Below are positions 1 to 10,936 of a DNA stretch of 64,000 bases, one piece after another. A program made the position numbers and the translations under genes. The notes under the pieces are model-generated. The model did not search any database. It saw only the letters and a list, made by a program, of their open reading frames with translations, and had not been told where the DNA came from. Each line of letters starts with the position of its first letter. Position 1 is the first letter of the stretch. Origin of the DNA: Candidatus Aminicenantes bacterium (GTDB lineage: Bacteria > Acidobacteriota > Aminicenantia > Aminicenantales > Saccharicenantaceae); NCBI GenBank assembly GCA_963843505.1, contig CAWJKR010000007.1, forward strand, positions 54,384-118,383, read 5' to 3'.

Positions 1-494
1 CAAGGGCTATGCTCTCGACGCCGCCCTGGCCGTGCTGCGCGATTGGACCGTCGAGAACGTCCTCCTGCACGCCGGAACGAGCACGGCCCTGGCCGCCGGA
101 CCCGGTCCGGCGGGAAGCGGGCGGGGACGGGGCTGGCCGGTCGGCGCGGGATCGACGGCCGGAGGCGACGTCGGGGCCGGGCCGCGTCCTCCTCCGCAAC
201 CGCGCCCTGAGCGGCTCGGGGACCGAGGTCAAGGGCGCCCATATCGTCGACCCCCGGACGGGCCGGCCGGCCGGCGGGCACGCGGCGGCCTGGGCCTCGC
301 ATCCTTCGGCGGCGGCCTCGGACGCCCTGTCGACGGCCTTCATGGTCATGGCCACAGAGGAGGTGGCCGCCTTCTGCGCCCGGCATCCGGCCGTCTGGGC
401 CCTCGTGAAAACCGGCCCCAAAACGTGTAGAATATTCAACGCGGGCTCGATCGAAGAAAAGCGGCCCGCGCAGGCAAGGAGACGAAGACGATGA
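1..494 (+). CDS. apbE: FAD:protein FMN transferase (ApbE family), 5'-truncated by the window edge, frameshifted
   Basis: KGYALD at window start; LSGSG...HIVDPRTG...ASDALSTAF motifs of ApbE. Confidence 0.85.
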   Translation, partial: RAMLSTPPWPCCAIGPSRTSSCTPERARPWPPDPVRREAGGDGAGRSARDRRPEATSGPGRVLLRNRALSGSGTEVKGAHIVDPRTGRPAGGHAAAWASHPSAAASDALSTAFMVMATEEVAAFCARHPAVWALVKTGPKTCRIFNAGSIEEKRPAQARRRRR

Positions 495-1168
495 AGAAAT
501 GGCTCAGCGGCATCGCGATACTCGGCCTCGGCCTGGCCGTCCTGGCCCCGGCCGCCCCGGCCCAGGACACGGGGAAAGAGGTCCTCAAGATCCAGCTTCC
601 CAAGCCGATGTTCGTCGGCACGCCCAAGAACATCCGCACCCCCAACCTCGAGACGGTCACCGGGAGGCCCCGCGGGCCCTTCATGGTCCCCGTCGGCACC
701 GTGCTTCTTTCGGCGGGCAAGCCCGTCACGGCGAGCGACAAGGAGCCCGTCATCGGCGAGGTCTCCTTCGTCACCGACGGCAAGAAGTCCGGCGAGGACG
801 GCTATTACGTCGAGCTCGGGCCGATGCTCCAGTGGGTCCAGATCGATCTCGGCAAGTCCCAGGAGCTCACGGCCATCGTCGCCTGGCACTACCACAGCCA
901 GGCCCGCGTCTACCGCGACGTCATCGTCCAGGTCTCCGACGACAAGGACTTCATCGGCGGCGTGACGACGGTCTTCAACAACGACCATGACAACACGTCC
1001 GGCCTCGGCGCGGGCAAGGACAAGGAATACATCGAGACCTTCGACGGCCGGCTCTTCGATCCCAAGGGCGTCAAGGCCCGCTACGTCCGGCTCTACAGCG
1101 GCGGCAACACGTCGAACGACATGAACCATTACGTGGAGGTCGAGGTCTACGGTCTCCCGGCCAAATGA
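491..1168 (+). CDS. Exported discoidin (F5/8 type C)-like domain protein
   Basis: Signal peptide; WVQIDLG, ARYVRLY and EVEVYG motifs. Confidence 0.75.
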   Translation: MKKWLSGIAILGLGLAVLAPAAPAQDTGKEVLKIQLPKPMFVGTPKNIRTPNLETVTGRPRGPFMVPVGTVLLSAGKPVTASDKEPVIGEVSFVTDGKKSGEDGYYVELGPMLQWVQIDLGKSQELTAIVAWHYHSQARVYRDVIVQVSDDKDFIGGVTTVFNNDHDNTSGLGAGKDKEYIETFDGRLFDPKGVKARYVRLYSGGNTSNDMNHYVEVEVYGLPAK

Positions 1169-2745
1169 CGAAAAAGGCCTTCCGGGGGCTCTTCCTCTGC
1201 GCCCTCCTGCGGCGCCGTCGCCTTCCGCACGCGTCCGCCTGGACCTCCGGCCCATGCACGCCGACGAGGCCAACCAGGCCCTCAAGTTCGGCGACCTCCT
1301 CGAGCGCGGGGACTACCGCTTCGACCCCAAGGACCACCACGGCCCGACGCTCTATTACCTGACCCTGCCCGCGGCCCGGGCGGCCGGCGCGACGACCCTG
1401 GCCGGGCTCGATGAGCGGGTCCTCCGGCTCGTCCCGGCCGTTTTCGGCGCGGCCCTCCTGCTCGCTCTTCCTTCTCTTCTCCGGCGGGCTCTCCCGGGAG
1501 GCGACGCTCGCGGCGGCCGCGCTGGCCGCCGTCTCGCCGGCGCTGACCTATTACAGCCGCTTCTACATCCAGGAGACGCTGCTCGTCTTCTTCCTCGCGG
1601 CCCTCATCGGCGCGGGCTGGCGCTACGCGAAGAAGCGTTCGGCGTTGTGGGCCGTCGTCGCCGGGGCCGCGGCCGGCCTGATGTTCGCCACGAAGGAAAC
1701 GAGCCTCGTCCTCTTCGCCGGGCTCGCGGCGGCCTTCGTGCTCCTGTCGCTCATCGGAGCGCCTCGGGGCCCGTCATCGCGGGGCCGTCACGGACGGGGG
1801 CGGGTGGGTCTGGCGGGATCCCCGGACCGAGGCTTCCGAGCGCTTTTCACGCCGCGCTCTTCCTCGCCGCCGGCGCCGTGACCGCCGCTCTCCTCTACAC
1901 CTCGTTCTTCCAGAACCCCCAGGGACTGGCCGATTCGATCCGGGCCATCGGCGCGTCGTTCGTCCGCGCCGGCCACCCCGGCGTCCACGCCCATCCCTGG
2001 TCCTATTATTTCCAGACGCTGGCCTATTCGAGGACGGCCGGCGGCCCGGTCTGGAGCGAGGCCTTCGTTCTCTTCCTGGCCGCGGCCGGCGGCATCGCCG
2101 CCCTGGGCCACGACGCGGGCCGGGACGGCAGTCCGCGCTTCCTCCGCTTCATCCTCTTCTTCACCGTCGTCACCGCGGCCGTCTACAGCCTCATCCCGTA
2201 CAAGACGCCCTGGAACATGCTCCCCTTCTACCTCGGGCTCGTCATCCTGGCCGGCAACGGCGTCGCGCTCCTGCTGAGGGTCAGCCGCTTCAAGCTGGTC
2301 AAGATCCTCATCCTGGCCATCCTCGTGCCGGGCTTCGCCGATCTGGCCCGGCAGGACTACCGGGCGAATTTCCAGCTGCCGGCGGACCCCGCGAACCCCT
2401 ACGTCTACGCCCAGACGAGCCCCGATCTCCTGAAGCTCGTCGCGGAAGTGGAGAAGGCCGCCGCGGCCGCGCCGGAAAAACGGGACGTGCTGGTCGAGGT
2501 CGTCGCCCCGCCCGAGGAGACCTGGCCCCTGCCCTGGTATCTCCGGAAATTCGGACGGGTCGGCTACTGGACGAGCCCGGAGGCGGCGCGGCGGGATGTC
2601 CAGCCCGGCCAGGCGGCCGTGGTCATCTCCGCCGCCGCTTTCGCCGACGAGCTCGCCGCCGGGCTCGGCGAGCGTATACGATCAGACCTTCTACGGCCTC
2701 CGCCCGGAGGTCGTCCTGGCCCTCTTCGTCCGCCGCGGCCCTTGA
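1165..2745 (+). CDS. TIGR03663-like GT-C (GT39/PMT-like) membrane glycosyltransferase, frameshifted
   Basis: MHADEANQA...YRFDP..HHGPTLYY, YYSRFYIQE, ATKE, YKTPW and WPLPWY motifs; many TM helices across 3 frames. Confidence 0.75.
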
Positions 2746-2755
2746 CGCCCGGCGC

Positions 2756-3550
2756 CTATTTCTTCTTCAGCAGCGGCGCGTAGATGTCCATCTTGGCCGC
2801 GTCGTCGCCCATGACCCGGGCCGCCCAGAGGAGCCCGCGGTTGACGATCTCGCGGGCCTCGGGAACGTCGAAGTCGGCCGCGACGTGGCCGAGCGAGGTG
2901 TAGAACACGCGCCCCTTGCCGTACATCTTCTTCCAGACGACGGGCATGACCTCGCCCGCGATCCAGGCGGCGTGCTCGCCGGTGAAGGTCGTCGTGGCCA
3001 GGACCTCGTTGCCGGGATCGACGTGCATGAAGTACTGCTCCGACTTCATGTGGAAGCGCGGCTTGAGGCCCTTGGTGATCGGGTCGTCCGGGTCGGTGAT
3101 GTCGACGTCGTAGTCGATGACCCCGCCCGGGTGGGCGACCCACTGGCCGCCGACCATGAACTGGTACTCGACGGCCGAGCGGTGGGCGTCGCCGAGGCCG
3201 CCGTGCCAGCCGGCCAGCCCGACGCCGCTCTTCACCGCCTCCTCGAGGTTCTTCTCCTGCTCGGGCTTGATGTCGGACATGGTGAAGATGTGGACGATGA
3301 GGTCGAGCTTCTTCAGCTTCTCGAGGTCGAGGTAGGCGTCGAGCGTGTGGGAGATCTCGACCTTGAAGCCCTGGCTCTCGAGCCAGGGGGCGAAGATGTC
3401 GACGCACTGCTTGGGCTCGTGGCCCTCCCAGCCGCCCCAGACGACCAGGGCGGACTTTTGCGCCTTGGGGCGCCTGGGCCGTGCCCGGAACAGACCAGGA
3501 GACCGGCGACTCCGAGCGAGGACCGCGGCCAGCAGGATCGTTCTCTTCAT
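2756..3550 (-). CDS. ThuA-like domain protein (class I glutamine amidotransferase-like fold)
   Basis: [28 protein letters not shown] and [10 protein letters not shown] motifs. Confidence 0.85.
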   Translation of the reverse strand: MKRTILLAAVLARSRRSPGLFRARPRRPKAQKSALVVWGGWEGHEPKQCVDIFAPWLESQGFKVEISHTLDAYLDLEKLKKLDLIVHIFTMSDIKPEQEKNLEEAVKSGVGLAGWHGGLGDAHRSAVEYQFMVGGQWVAHPGGVIDYDVDITDPDDPITKGLKPRFHMKSEQYFMHVDPGNEVLATTTFTGEHAAWIAGEVMPVVWKKMYGKGRVFYTSLGHVAADFDVPEAREIVNRGLLWAARVMGDDAAKMDIYAPLLKKK

Positions 3551-3562
3551 GATGGGCTCCTT

Positions 3563-4329
3563 TCACTCGAGCTCCCGCAGCCAGATGTTCCGGAAGCGGA
3601 CCGGGTGGCCGTGGTCCTGGAGGGAGATCGGGAGCCTGTCGGCGTGCATCTTGTAGGGCGGCCGGGCCTTGTGGGCCGTCGGCCCCGTCAGGACGTCGTT
3701 GTCGTGGACGAGGAGCCCGTTGTGGAAGACGGTCATCCGGGCCGGGCGTCGACGACCTTGCCGTCCTTGTCGAAGCGCGGCCGGTGGAAGACGATGTCGT
3801 AGGTCTGCCATTCGCCGGGCGGACGGCAGGCGTTGACGAGCGGCGGGTACTGGCCGTAGATGGCCGCGGTCATGCCGTCGGCGTAGGTCTTGTTCTCGAA
3901 GCAGTCGAGGACCTGGACCTCGTAGAGGCCCATGAGGAAGACGCCGCTGTTGCCGCGGTCCTGGTCCGTCGCCCTTGGCCGGCGACGGGGCCATCCACTC
4001 GACGTGGAGCTGGCAGTCGCCGAAACCCTTGACCGTGCGGATGTCGCCGGTCTTCGGCGCGACCTCCATGTAGCCGTTCTCGACCTTCCACTTGCGCCGG
4101 CTGGCCCTTGGCGTCCGTCCATTGGCCGAGGTCCCTTGCCGTCGAAGAGCACGACCGCGTCGGACGGCGCCGGGACGGGCGGCCCGGCCGGGCCGGGCGT
4201 CACGACCGGCGGCAGGGGCCGGCTCATGATCGTGGACCGGCCATTGATCTTGGGCCGTGCCGACGGCGGCGACACGAGAGAAGACCAGCGCCGCCGCGAA
4301 CAGCCTGTGGCCTGAGCGCATCGTCGCAT
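3563..4329 (-). CDS. DUF1080 (3-keto-disaccharide hydrolase-like) exported protein, frameshifted
   Basis: [30 protein letters not shown] and [14 protein letters not shown] motifs. Confidence 0.85.
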
Positions 4330-4340
4330 GGGTCCCTCGG

Positions 4341-5738
4341 CTACAGGCTCCAGCCGGGCCGGTACGGGAAGTGCAGGAGCTCGTTGGCCTCGGGGAGGTT
4401 GGTGAACTCCATCTTCGCGCCGTCCCAGAGGAGCTTCATGTTCTTGTCCGCCAGACGGACGGCGACGTTGGCCAGGAGCATGGTCTCGGTCAGGGGACCC
4501 GAATAGGCGAAGTCGGTCGTCGACTTCGTGCCCTTCTTGATGGCCTCGATCCATTCCAGGCGGATGCCCGTGGAGCGGGGGATCGTCTTCTCCGGCCGCT
4601 TGAAGTCCTGCATGCGGGTCTCGGGCACGAGCCGCGGGTTCTCGCCGTAGGTGCCGCACATGAGCAGGCCCTTGTCGCCGCGGAAGAAGCAGCCGCCGCC
4701 GTCGTCGCCCACCATCCGGCCCGTGCTCGAGCTCGGGCGGGCGGGGCGGCATGAGGCCGCCGTCCCACCAGGTCAGGGTCAGCGGGCCCATCCCTTCGCG
4801 GGCGGCGAACTCGTAGGTCACGACTTCGGCCCGGGGGGCGTAATCCTTCGTGAAGACGGTCGAAGAGGCCTGGACGCTCGTCGGGGACTTGAGCTTGAGG
4901 GCCCAGAAGGGCTGGTCCATGATGTGGGCGCCCATGTCGCCGAGGGCCCCGGTGCCGAAGTCCCAGAGCCCGCGCCACTTGAAGGGATGGTAGGCGGGAT
5001 GGTAGGGCCGGAAGGGGGCCGGGCCGAGCCAGACGTCCCAATCGAGCGTCGAGGGCACCGAGGGGATCTCGGCGGGCGCGTCGACGCCCTGGGGCCAGAT
5101 GGGCCGGTTGGTCCAGCAGTGGACCTCGGAGACGTTGCCGATGGCCCCGCTCCAGATCCACTCGCAGACGAGGCGGGCGCCCTCGCCGGCGTGGCCCTGG
5201 TTGCCCATCTGGGTGACGACGTTGGCTTCCTTGGCGGCCTTGGCCAGCAGTGCGGGCTTCCTTGATCGTGTGGGTCAGCGGTTTCTGGACGTAGACGTGC
5301 TTGCCCAGCTTGATCGCGGCCATGGCGATGACGGCGTGGTTGTGGTCGGGCGTCGTCACGGTGATGGCGTCGATGACCTTTTCCTTCTCCAGCATGCGCC
5401 GGAAGTCGCGGTACTTGGCCGCCTTCTCGTACATGGCCCGCTCGGCCGGCTCGACGTCTTCACTGCGGAGGAGCCGGGCGATCATCTCGTCGTCGACGTC
5501 GCAGAGGGCGACGATGTTCTCCGAGCGGACGCCGCGGGTGTCCGAGAAGCCCATGCCGCCGACGCCGACGCAGGCGATGTTGAGCGTGTCGCTCGGCGCC
5601 TTCTTCTTCTGGGTGGCGCCGACGACGTGGCGGGGGACGATCATGATCCCGGCCGCGGCGGTCGAGGCCGCGCCCAGGAACTTCCGCCGGCTCCAGGACG
5701 GATTCGGCGGGCGAGGGGGTCTTTTTCGTTTCGTCCAT
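4341..5738 (-). CDS. Gfo/Idh/MocA family oxidoreductase with Tat-like leader, frameshifted
   Basis: RRKFLG leader; [22 protein letters not shown] and [11 protein letters not shown] motifs. Confidence 0.9.
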
Positions 5739-5820
5739 GTTGCGTACCTTCCTTATCGGAGAGATTTGATGGCTGGCGCGATCGGAGGCATCGGTGGCTT
5801 CAAGGGACGGGACGTACGAG

Positions 5821-5915
5821 GCCAAGACGGCTTATATCACAAAGACGCGGACAGGGTCAATGTCCTCATGGCGCCGGGTGTCCGATGCCAAGAGGGCTTA
5901 TATCACAAAGGCGCG
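5821..5915. repeat. Two ~29-bp direct repeats (5821-5849, 5887-5915) overlapping the promoter of the Gfo operon
   Basis: gccaagacggcttatatcacaaagacgcg vs gccaagagggcttatatcacaaaggcgcg; minus strand reads TTGACC-N18-TATAAG for the first copy. Confidence 0.75.
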
Positions 5916-5964
5916 TCTTTCCGCAGGCGGTCACTCGTGACGGCGAAGAAGGATGCCGAGAGGC

Positions 5965-5996
5965 AAAAAAAAAGAGGAGGGCGCGGGCCCTCCTCT
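5965..5996 (-). terminator. Rho-independent terminator after the FadL-like gene
   Basis: agaggagggc/gccctcctct stem preceded by an A-run (U-tract on the minus strand). Confidence 0.8.
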
Positions 5997-6019
5997 CTGA
6001 AGGTCTCGATTATCGCGGC

Positions 6020-7346
6020 TTAGAACTCGTAGCTCAGCGAGATCATCGGAACGAGGATCTTCATCTCGTAGAGCCCGGGCAGGTTGTCTCCGGAGGGGGC
6101 GACCGTCCGGTCCTTGCCCATGAGGTATTCCACCGCCAGGTTGACGTGCAGGCCGCCGCTCTTGAAGCCGAAGCCGGCCTGGACGCTGTGGAAGGTGAAG
6201 CTCGGGGTCAGGATGTTCAGCGTGGCGTCCGGAGCGGGGGCGGGGTCGTAGTAGTAGCCGCCGCGGACCGCGAACGTGCCCCAGTCGTATTCGAGGCCGG
6301 TCCGATACTGGGTCTTATTGGTCCAGTTGAGGAGCAGGGAGGCGGCATCGGCCAGGCCGACGGCCCAGGCGGGATCCTGGAACTCGAGCGCGATCTCGTC
6401 GAGCTTCGACCAGTTGGTCCACTGGAGCGTCGACGGTCCAGGTCAGTCCGTCGATGGGCTTGAGGGCGACGCCGCCGGCGAGCCACATCGGGCTGGCGAC
6501 GCTCATCTTGGTGTCCGACGTGTTGGCGAGGCCGAGGAGATTGATGTTCTCGATCTCGGTCGTCCCGGAGAGCTTGATCTTGCTCTCGGTCCGGAAGGTC
6601 GCGCCGATGCTGATCCACTCGGCCGGCTTGACGAGGGCGCCGAAGGTCGCGCCGAAGCCCCAGCCCTTGACGTCCAGGGTCTGCTGGCCGAGGTTGACGA
6701 GCGTGGGGGCGGCCATGAGGTTCTCGGAGGCGGGCGCGCCGATGCCGAGCGCGACGTACTGGCCCCACTGCTCGATCTTGAAGAAGCCGTAGTTGATGTT
6801 GAAGCTCGCGCCGAGGAAGAACTGGTCCGTGACCTTGACCGCGATCGTCGGCGCCAGCGTCACCGAGCCGATGAAGCTCTCCCAGATCGAGGGGGTGAGC
6901 GTCGGCGTGAACGCCGCCGGCGGGAAGGGCGAGACCAGGGCCTGTTCGAGGAACGGCGTGCCGGTGTTGTTCCAGGCCGCGCCGAGCCCGGACAGGGTGT
7001 AGGCGCCGAGGCCGACGACGATGTTCTCGCCGATCGGCTGGGCATAGCCGATGAGGCCGGCCGGGTACACCTTCGACTGGGTCTTCATGGTGAAGGAGCT
7101 GAGCGTGTAGTTGGCCGTCGGGATGAGGAAGTCCCCGCTGAGGCCGAAGGTCGCCTTCGTCAGCTGGGCCAGACCGGCCGGATTCCAGAAGACGGCGGTG
7201 TAGTCGTTGGCCAGGCCGACGAACGCGCCGCCCATGCTCGCGGCCCGGGCGCCGAACCCGTTCATGTTGAGGCCGTTGGCGAAGAGGCCCGTCGTCAGGC
7301 CCACGGCCAACGCCACGATTAGGAACATCCGAGACATTGTTTTCAT
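6020..7346 (-). CDS. OmpP1/FadL family outer-membrane transporter, frameshifted
   Basis: Signal peptide; GARAASMGGAFVGLANDYTAVFWNPAGL hatch motif; C-terminal SYEF. Confidence 0.85.
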
Positions 7347-7569
7347 GATAACCTCCTGTTTGTCGGAGGATTTTAACGCATCTTGTCCAGAAAATCTACA
7401 AAAAACATCTGGCTCTCACAACCTGTTTATTTTCAGAGATTTGTAGTTCCTCAAGGACGCGGCAGGCCGGCCGGAGCCAAGAGAGCCATCCGGACGGGTC
7501 GATGATGAGGGCTTTACGGGAGCCTCCGGCGGGGATAAGATGCGTACGTCGAAGGAAAGGAATCGCGGC

Positions 7570-8463
7570 GTGAAAAACGAAGACAGTCGCTTCGGCGGGC
7601 CGTCCGAGGTCGCTCCGATCCGGGAGATCCTCCTCAAGCACCCGCGGCAAGCCTGGCTCGACCAGCGGAATATCCGGAGCCAATGGAAGGACCTGGGCTA
7701 CACGGAGGAGCCCGAGTTCGAAAGAGCGTGCGCCGAATACGACGCGTTCGTCGCGATCCTGACCAGGCACGCGGCCGATATCCGCTTCCTTCCCGCGGAC
7801 GCGCGAACCGGCCTCGACTCGATCTATGTCCGCGACGCGGCCTGTGTCGCGCCGGGCGGCATCGTTCTCTGCCGGATGGGAAAGACACTGCGGCGGGGAG
7901 AGCCGGAGGCGGTCAGGGAATTTTGCGTCAAAGCCGGCTGGCCGGTCGCCGGCGAGATCCGGGAACCCGGGACGCTCGAGGGCGGCGACGTCGTCTGGCT
8001 CGACGGCCGCACGGTCGCCGTCGGTCACGGCTACAGGACCAACGCCGAGGGCATCCGGCAATTCGCGGCCATCGTCGCCCGGGACGGCGTCGAGGTCATC
8101 GAGGCGCCCCTCCCCCATTGGGACGGGCCGGGGGACGTCCTCCACCTGATGTCCATGCTCAGCCCGGTCGGCGAGAGGGACCTTCTCGTCTATTCCCGCC
8201 TCCTCGCCGTGCCTTTCCGCAAGCGCCTCCTCGACGCGGGCTACCGGCTCATCGAGGTCCCGGACGCCGAATACGCGACCATGGCCACGAACGTCCTGGC
8301 CCTCGCTCCGGGGAAATGCCTGGCCCTGGCCGGGAATCCGCGAACGGCCGGGCTCCTCGAGAAGGCCGGCCTCGAGGTCCTGACCTACGAAGGCCGGGAG
8401 ATCTCCGTCAAGGGCGCCGGCGGCCCGACCTGCCTGACCCGCCCGATCACGCGCTCGGCCTGA
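7570..8463 (+). CDS. Amidinotransferase superfamily protein (DDAH/arginine deiminase-like)
   Basis: DSIYVRD, RRGE, LEGGD, HLMS and GGPTCLT catalytic motifs. Confidence 0.85.
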   Translation: MKNEDSRFGGPSEVAPIREILLKHPRQAWLDQRNIRSQWKDLGYTEEPEFERACAEYDAFVAILTRHAADIRFLPADARTGLDSIYVRDAACVAPGGIVLCRMGKTLRRGEPEAVREFCVKAGWPVAGEIREPGTLEGGDVVWLDGRTVAVGHGYRTNAEGIRQFAAIVARDGVEVIEAPLPHWDGPGDVLHLMSMLSPVGERDLLVYSRLLAVPFRKRLLDAGYRLIEVPDAEYATMATNVLALAPGKCLALAGNPRTAGLLEKAGLEVLTYEGREISVKGAGGPTCLTRPITRSA

Positions 8464-8496
8464 AGTCCCCAGGGCGTCGGGAGCGGCCCCCGAGAA

Positions 8497-8525
8497 TTGA
8501 CACATCGGCCGGGGAATCCTATACT
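8497..8525 (+). promoter_or_regulatory. Sigma70-type promoter
   Basis: TTGACA-N17-TATACT, ~32 nt upstream of the ATG at 8558. Confidence 0.8.
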
Positions 8526-8557
8526 AAGGGCCGGAAATCCTCCCAAAGGACGTGAAA

Positions 8558-9793
8558 ATGGACCTTTTCGAGAAATGCATCGGCTTCTACTCCGACCCCG
8601 CGGTCGCCCAGAAATACGGCTACCCCATCAATCCCCGGACCGCCCAGGCCATGGGCATCTTCCCCTACTTCATCCCCATCGAGCACGCCGAGGGGACCGA
8701 GGTCTTCATCCACGGCAAGAAGTACATCATGATCGGCTCGAACAATTACGTCGGGCTGACCAACCACCCCAAGGTCAAGGAAGCGGCCATCGAGGCCATC
8801 AGGAAATACGGCACGAGCTGCACCGGCTCGCGCTTCCTGAACGGCACGCTCGACCTCCACATCGAGCTCGAGGAGCGGCTGGCCAAGTACGTCGGCATGG
8901 AGGCGGCCCTCGTCTTCAGCACGGGCTTCCAGGTCAACCTGGGCACCATCCCGGCCATCATGGACAAGGACGACATCATCATCACCGACAAAGAGGTCCA
9001 CGCCAGCATCATCGACGGCGTCCGCATGGCCAAGGCCCTCAAGATCCGTCCAGATCCGCACCTATAAGCACAACGACATGGCCGACCTCGAGGCCGTCCT
9101 CAAGGCCCTGCCGGCCGGGCCGGCCAAGCTGGTCATCGTCGACGGCGTCTTCAGCATGGGCGGCGACATCGCCAAGCTGCCCGAGATCATCCCCCTCTGC
9201 CGGAAGTACGGCGCCCGGTTCATGTCGGACGACGCCCACGCGCATCGGCGTCCTCGGCGGCGGCCGGGGCACGGGCTGGCACTTCGGCCTGCAGAAGGAC
9301 GTCGATCTGGTCATGGGCACGTTCAGCAAGTCCCTGGCCTCGGTCGGCGGCTTCATCGCCGGCCCCAAGGAGGCCGTCCACTTCATCCAGATGTTCGCCC
9401 GGCCGTTCATGTTCAGCGCCAGCCTGCCGCCGTCCAACGTGGCCACGGTCCTGGCCTGCCTCGACATCCTCGAGGCGGAGCCGGAGCGCGTCGAGCGGGT
9501 CAACGCGATCGCCGCGCGGGTCCGGAGGCGAGCTCCGGGGCATGGGCTACAACATCGGCGAGACCGAGACGCCCATCATCCCCATCGTCATCGGCGACAT
9601 GATGAAGGCCATCGAGGCCTGGAAGATCTTCTTCGAGGAAGGCATCTACACCAACGTCGCCCTGCCGCCCTCCGTCACGCCCGAGTTCTCGTGCCTGCGG
9701 ACGAGCTACATGGCGACGCACACGGACGCCCAGGTCGACCGCGTGCTCGAGGTCTTCAAGAAGGTCAAGGACCGCGTCCATATCGGCGCCTGA
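8558..9793 (+). CDS. Alpha-oxoamine synthase family PLP enzyme, serine palmitoyltransferase-like, frameshifted
   Basis: [33 protein letters not shown] and GTFSKSLAS (PLP lysine) motifs. Confidence 0.8.
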
Positions 9794-9835
9794 TCTCTCT
9801 CTCCTTAACGTTTCGGCCCGGACGCGGGTAGAACC

Positions 9836-10421
9836 ATGCGGATGAACGAGACGGAGAAGGAGCTCATCGACATGGTTCTCTCCGGCCGCACCGAGGCCTT
9901 CGAGCCGCTGGTCACCCCCTACAGGGACCGGCTCCTCGCCCTGGCCACCCGGCTGACCCGCGACCGCGAGGAAGCCCTGGAGGTCGCCCAGGAAGCCCTG
10001 CTCCGGGCTTTCCGCTCGCTCGGCCGCTTCGACGTCTCCCGCTCGTTCCGGAACTGGCTTTTCCAGATCGCGGCCAACGAGGCCCGGGACCGCTATAGAA
10101 AGAAAGTCGCGGGAGCGGGCGGCCTTCGGCGAGGTGGCCGGGCGGGCGCCGTCCGCGGCAACCGGGCTGTCTCGGACGGATCCGGAAGCCGGGCACGATC
10201 GGAGCGAGCTGCGGGCCGGCATCATGCGCTCGCTCGACGCGCTCAGTCCGCGGGAGAGGGAGGTTTTCGTGCTCCGGGACCTCGAGGAGCTCGACATCCG
10301 GGAGACGTCCCGGGTGCTGGGCTGTTCGGCGATCTCGGTCCGGGTCAACCTGTCCTCGGCGCGGCGCAAGCTGCGCGAAGCCATCCGGCGGGACTTTCCC
10401 CATCTGGAGGAGAAACGATGA
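9836..10421 (+). CDS. ECF RNA polymerase sigma factor, frameshifted
   Basis: Region 2 (AQEALLRAF...FRNWLFQIAAN) and region 4 (LSPREREVFVLRDLE...SVRVNLSSAR). Confidence 0.85.
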
Positions 10422-10936
10422 CGTGCCGAAAGGTCCGCAAGCTCATTCCGCTCATCGCCGGCGACGATCTGAGGCCCCGGCTCGCGCGCGCCGTCCGCGC
10501 CCATATCGACGCCTGCCCGGGCTGCCGGGCGGAGCTCGAGGGGTTCCGGGCGGCCCTGGCCGAGGCCAAGGCCGCGGCGAGGGCGGAAAGCGTTCCGGAG
10601 TGGGGCGGGGGCGAATGGAACGCCCTGATGGCCAGAGTGGCCGCGGAAGCGAAGGGAACCGGCAAGAGCGCCGGCCGGCGCCGGCATGCGTGTCCCGAGG
10701 CCGAGCTGGGCCGCGGCTTCGGCCCTCGGCGCCGTGATCGGGCTGGCCGTTCTCTCCGTCCTTTTAAGAGGCCCGTCGCCGCGGCCGGAGGGGCGCCGGG
10801 CGGAAGCGGCCTGGTCATCGCGTCGGAAAACCCCCGGCAGGACAGGGTCTCCATCACCATGGTCTCTCCGGAGACCGGGCTCCAGGTCGTCTGGTTCCTC
10901 GACAAGAATTTCGATTACAAAGGAGAACAGGAATGA
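10418..10936 (+). CDS. zf-HC2 anti-sigma factor with TM helix, frameshifted
   Basis: MTCRKVR...HIDACPGC zinc motif; hydrophobic WAAASALGAVIGLAVL segment; ATGA overlap with the sigma gene. Confidence 0.75.
   Translation: MTCRKVRKLIPLIAGDDLRPRLARAVRAHIDACPGCRAELEGFRAALAEAKAAARAESVPEWGGGEWNALMARVAAEAKGTGKSAGRRRHACPEAELGRGFGPRRRDRAGRSLRPFKRPVAAAGGAPGGSGLVIASENPRQDRVSITMVSPETGLQVVWFLDKNFDYKGEQE

Noticed and set aside
5821-5915. Mini CRISPR array (29-bp repeat, 37-bp spacer)
   Set aside because: Only two imperfect, non-palindromic copies, no cas genes, and the repeats coincide with promoter elements
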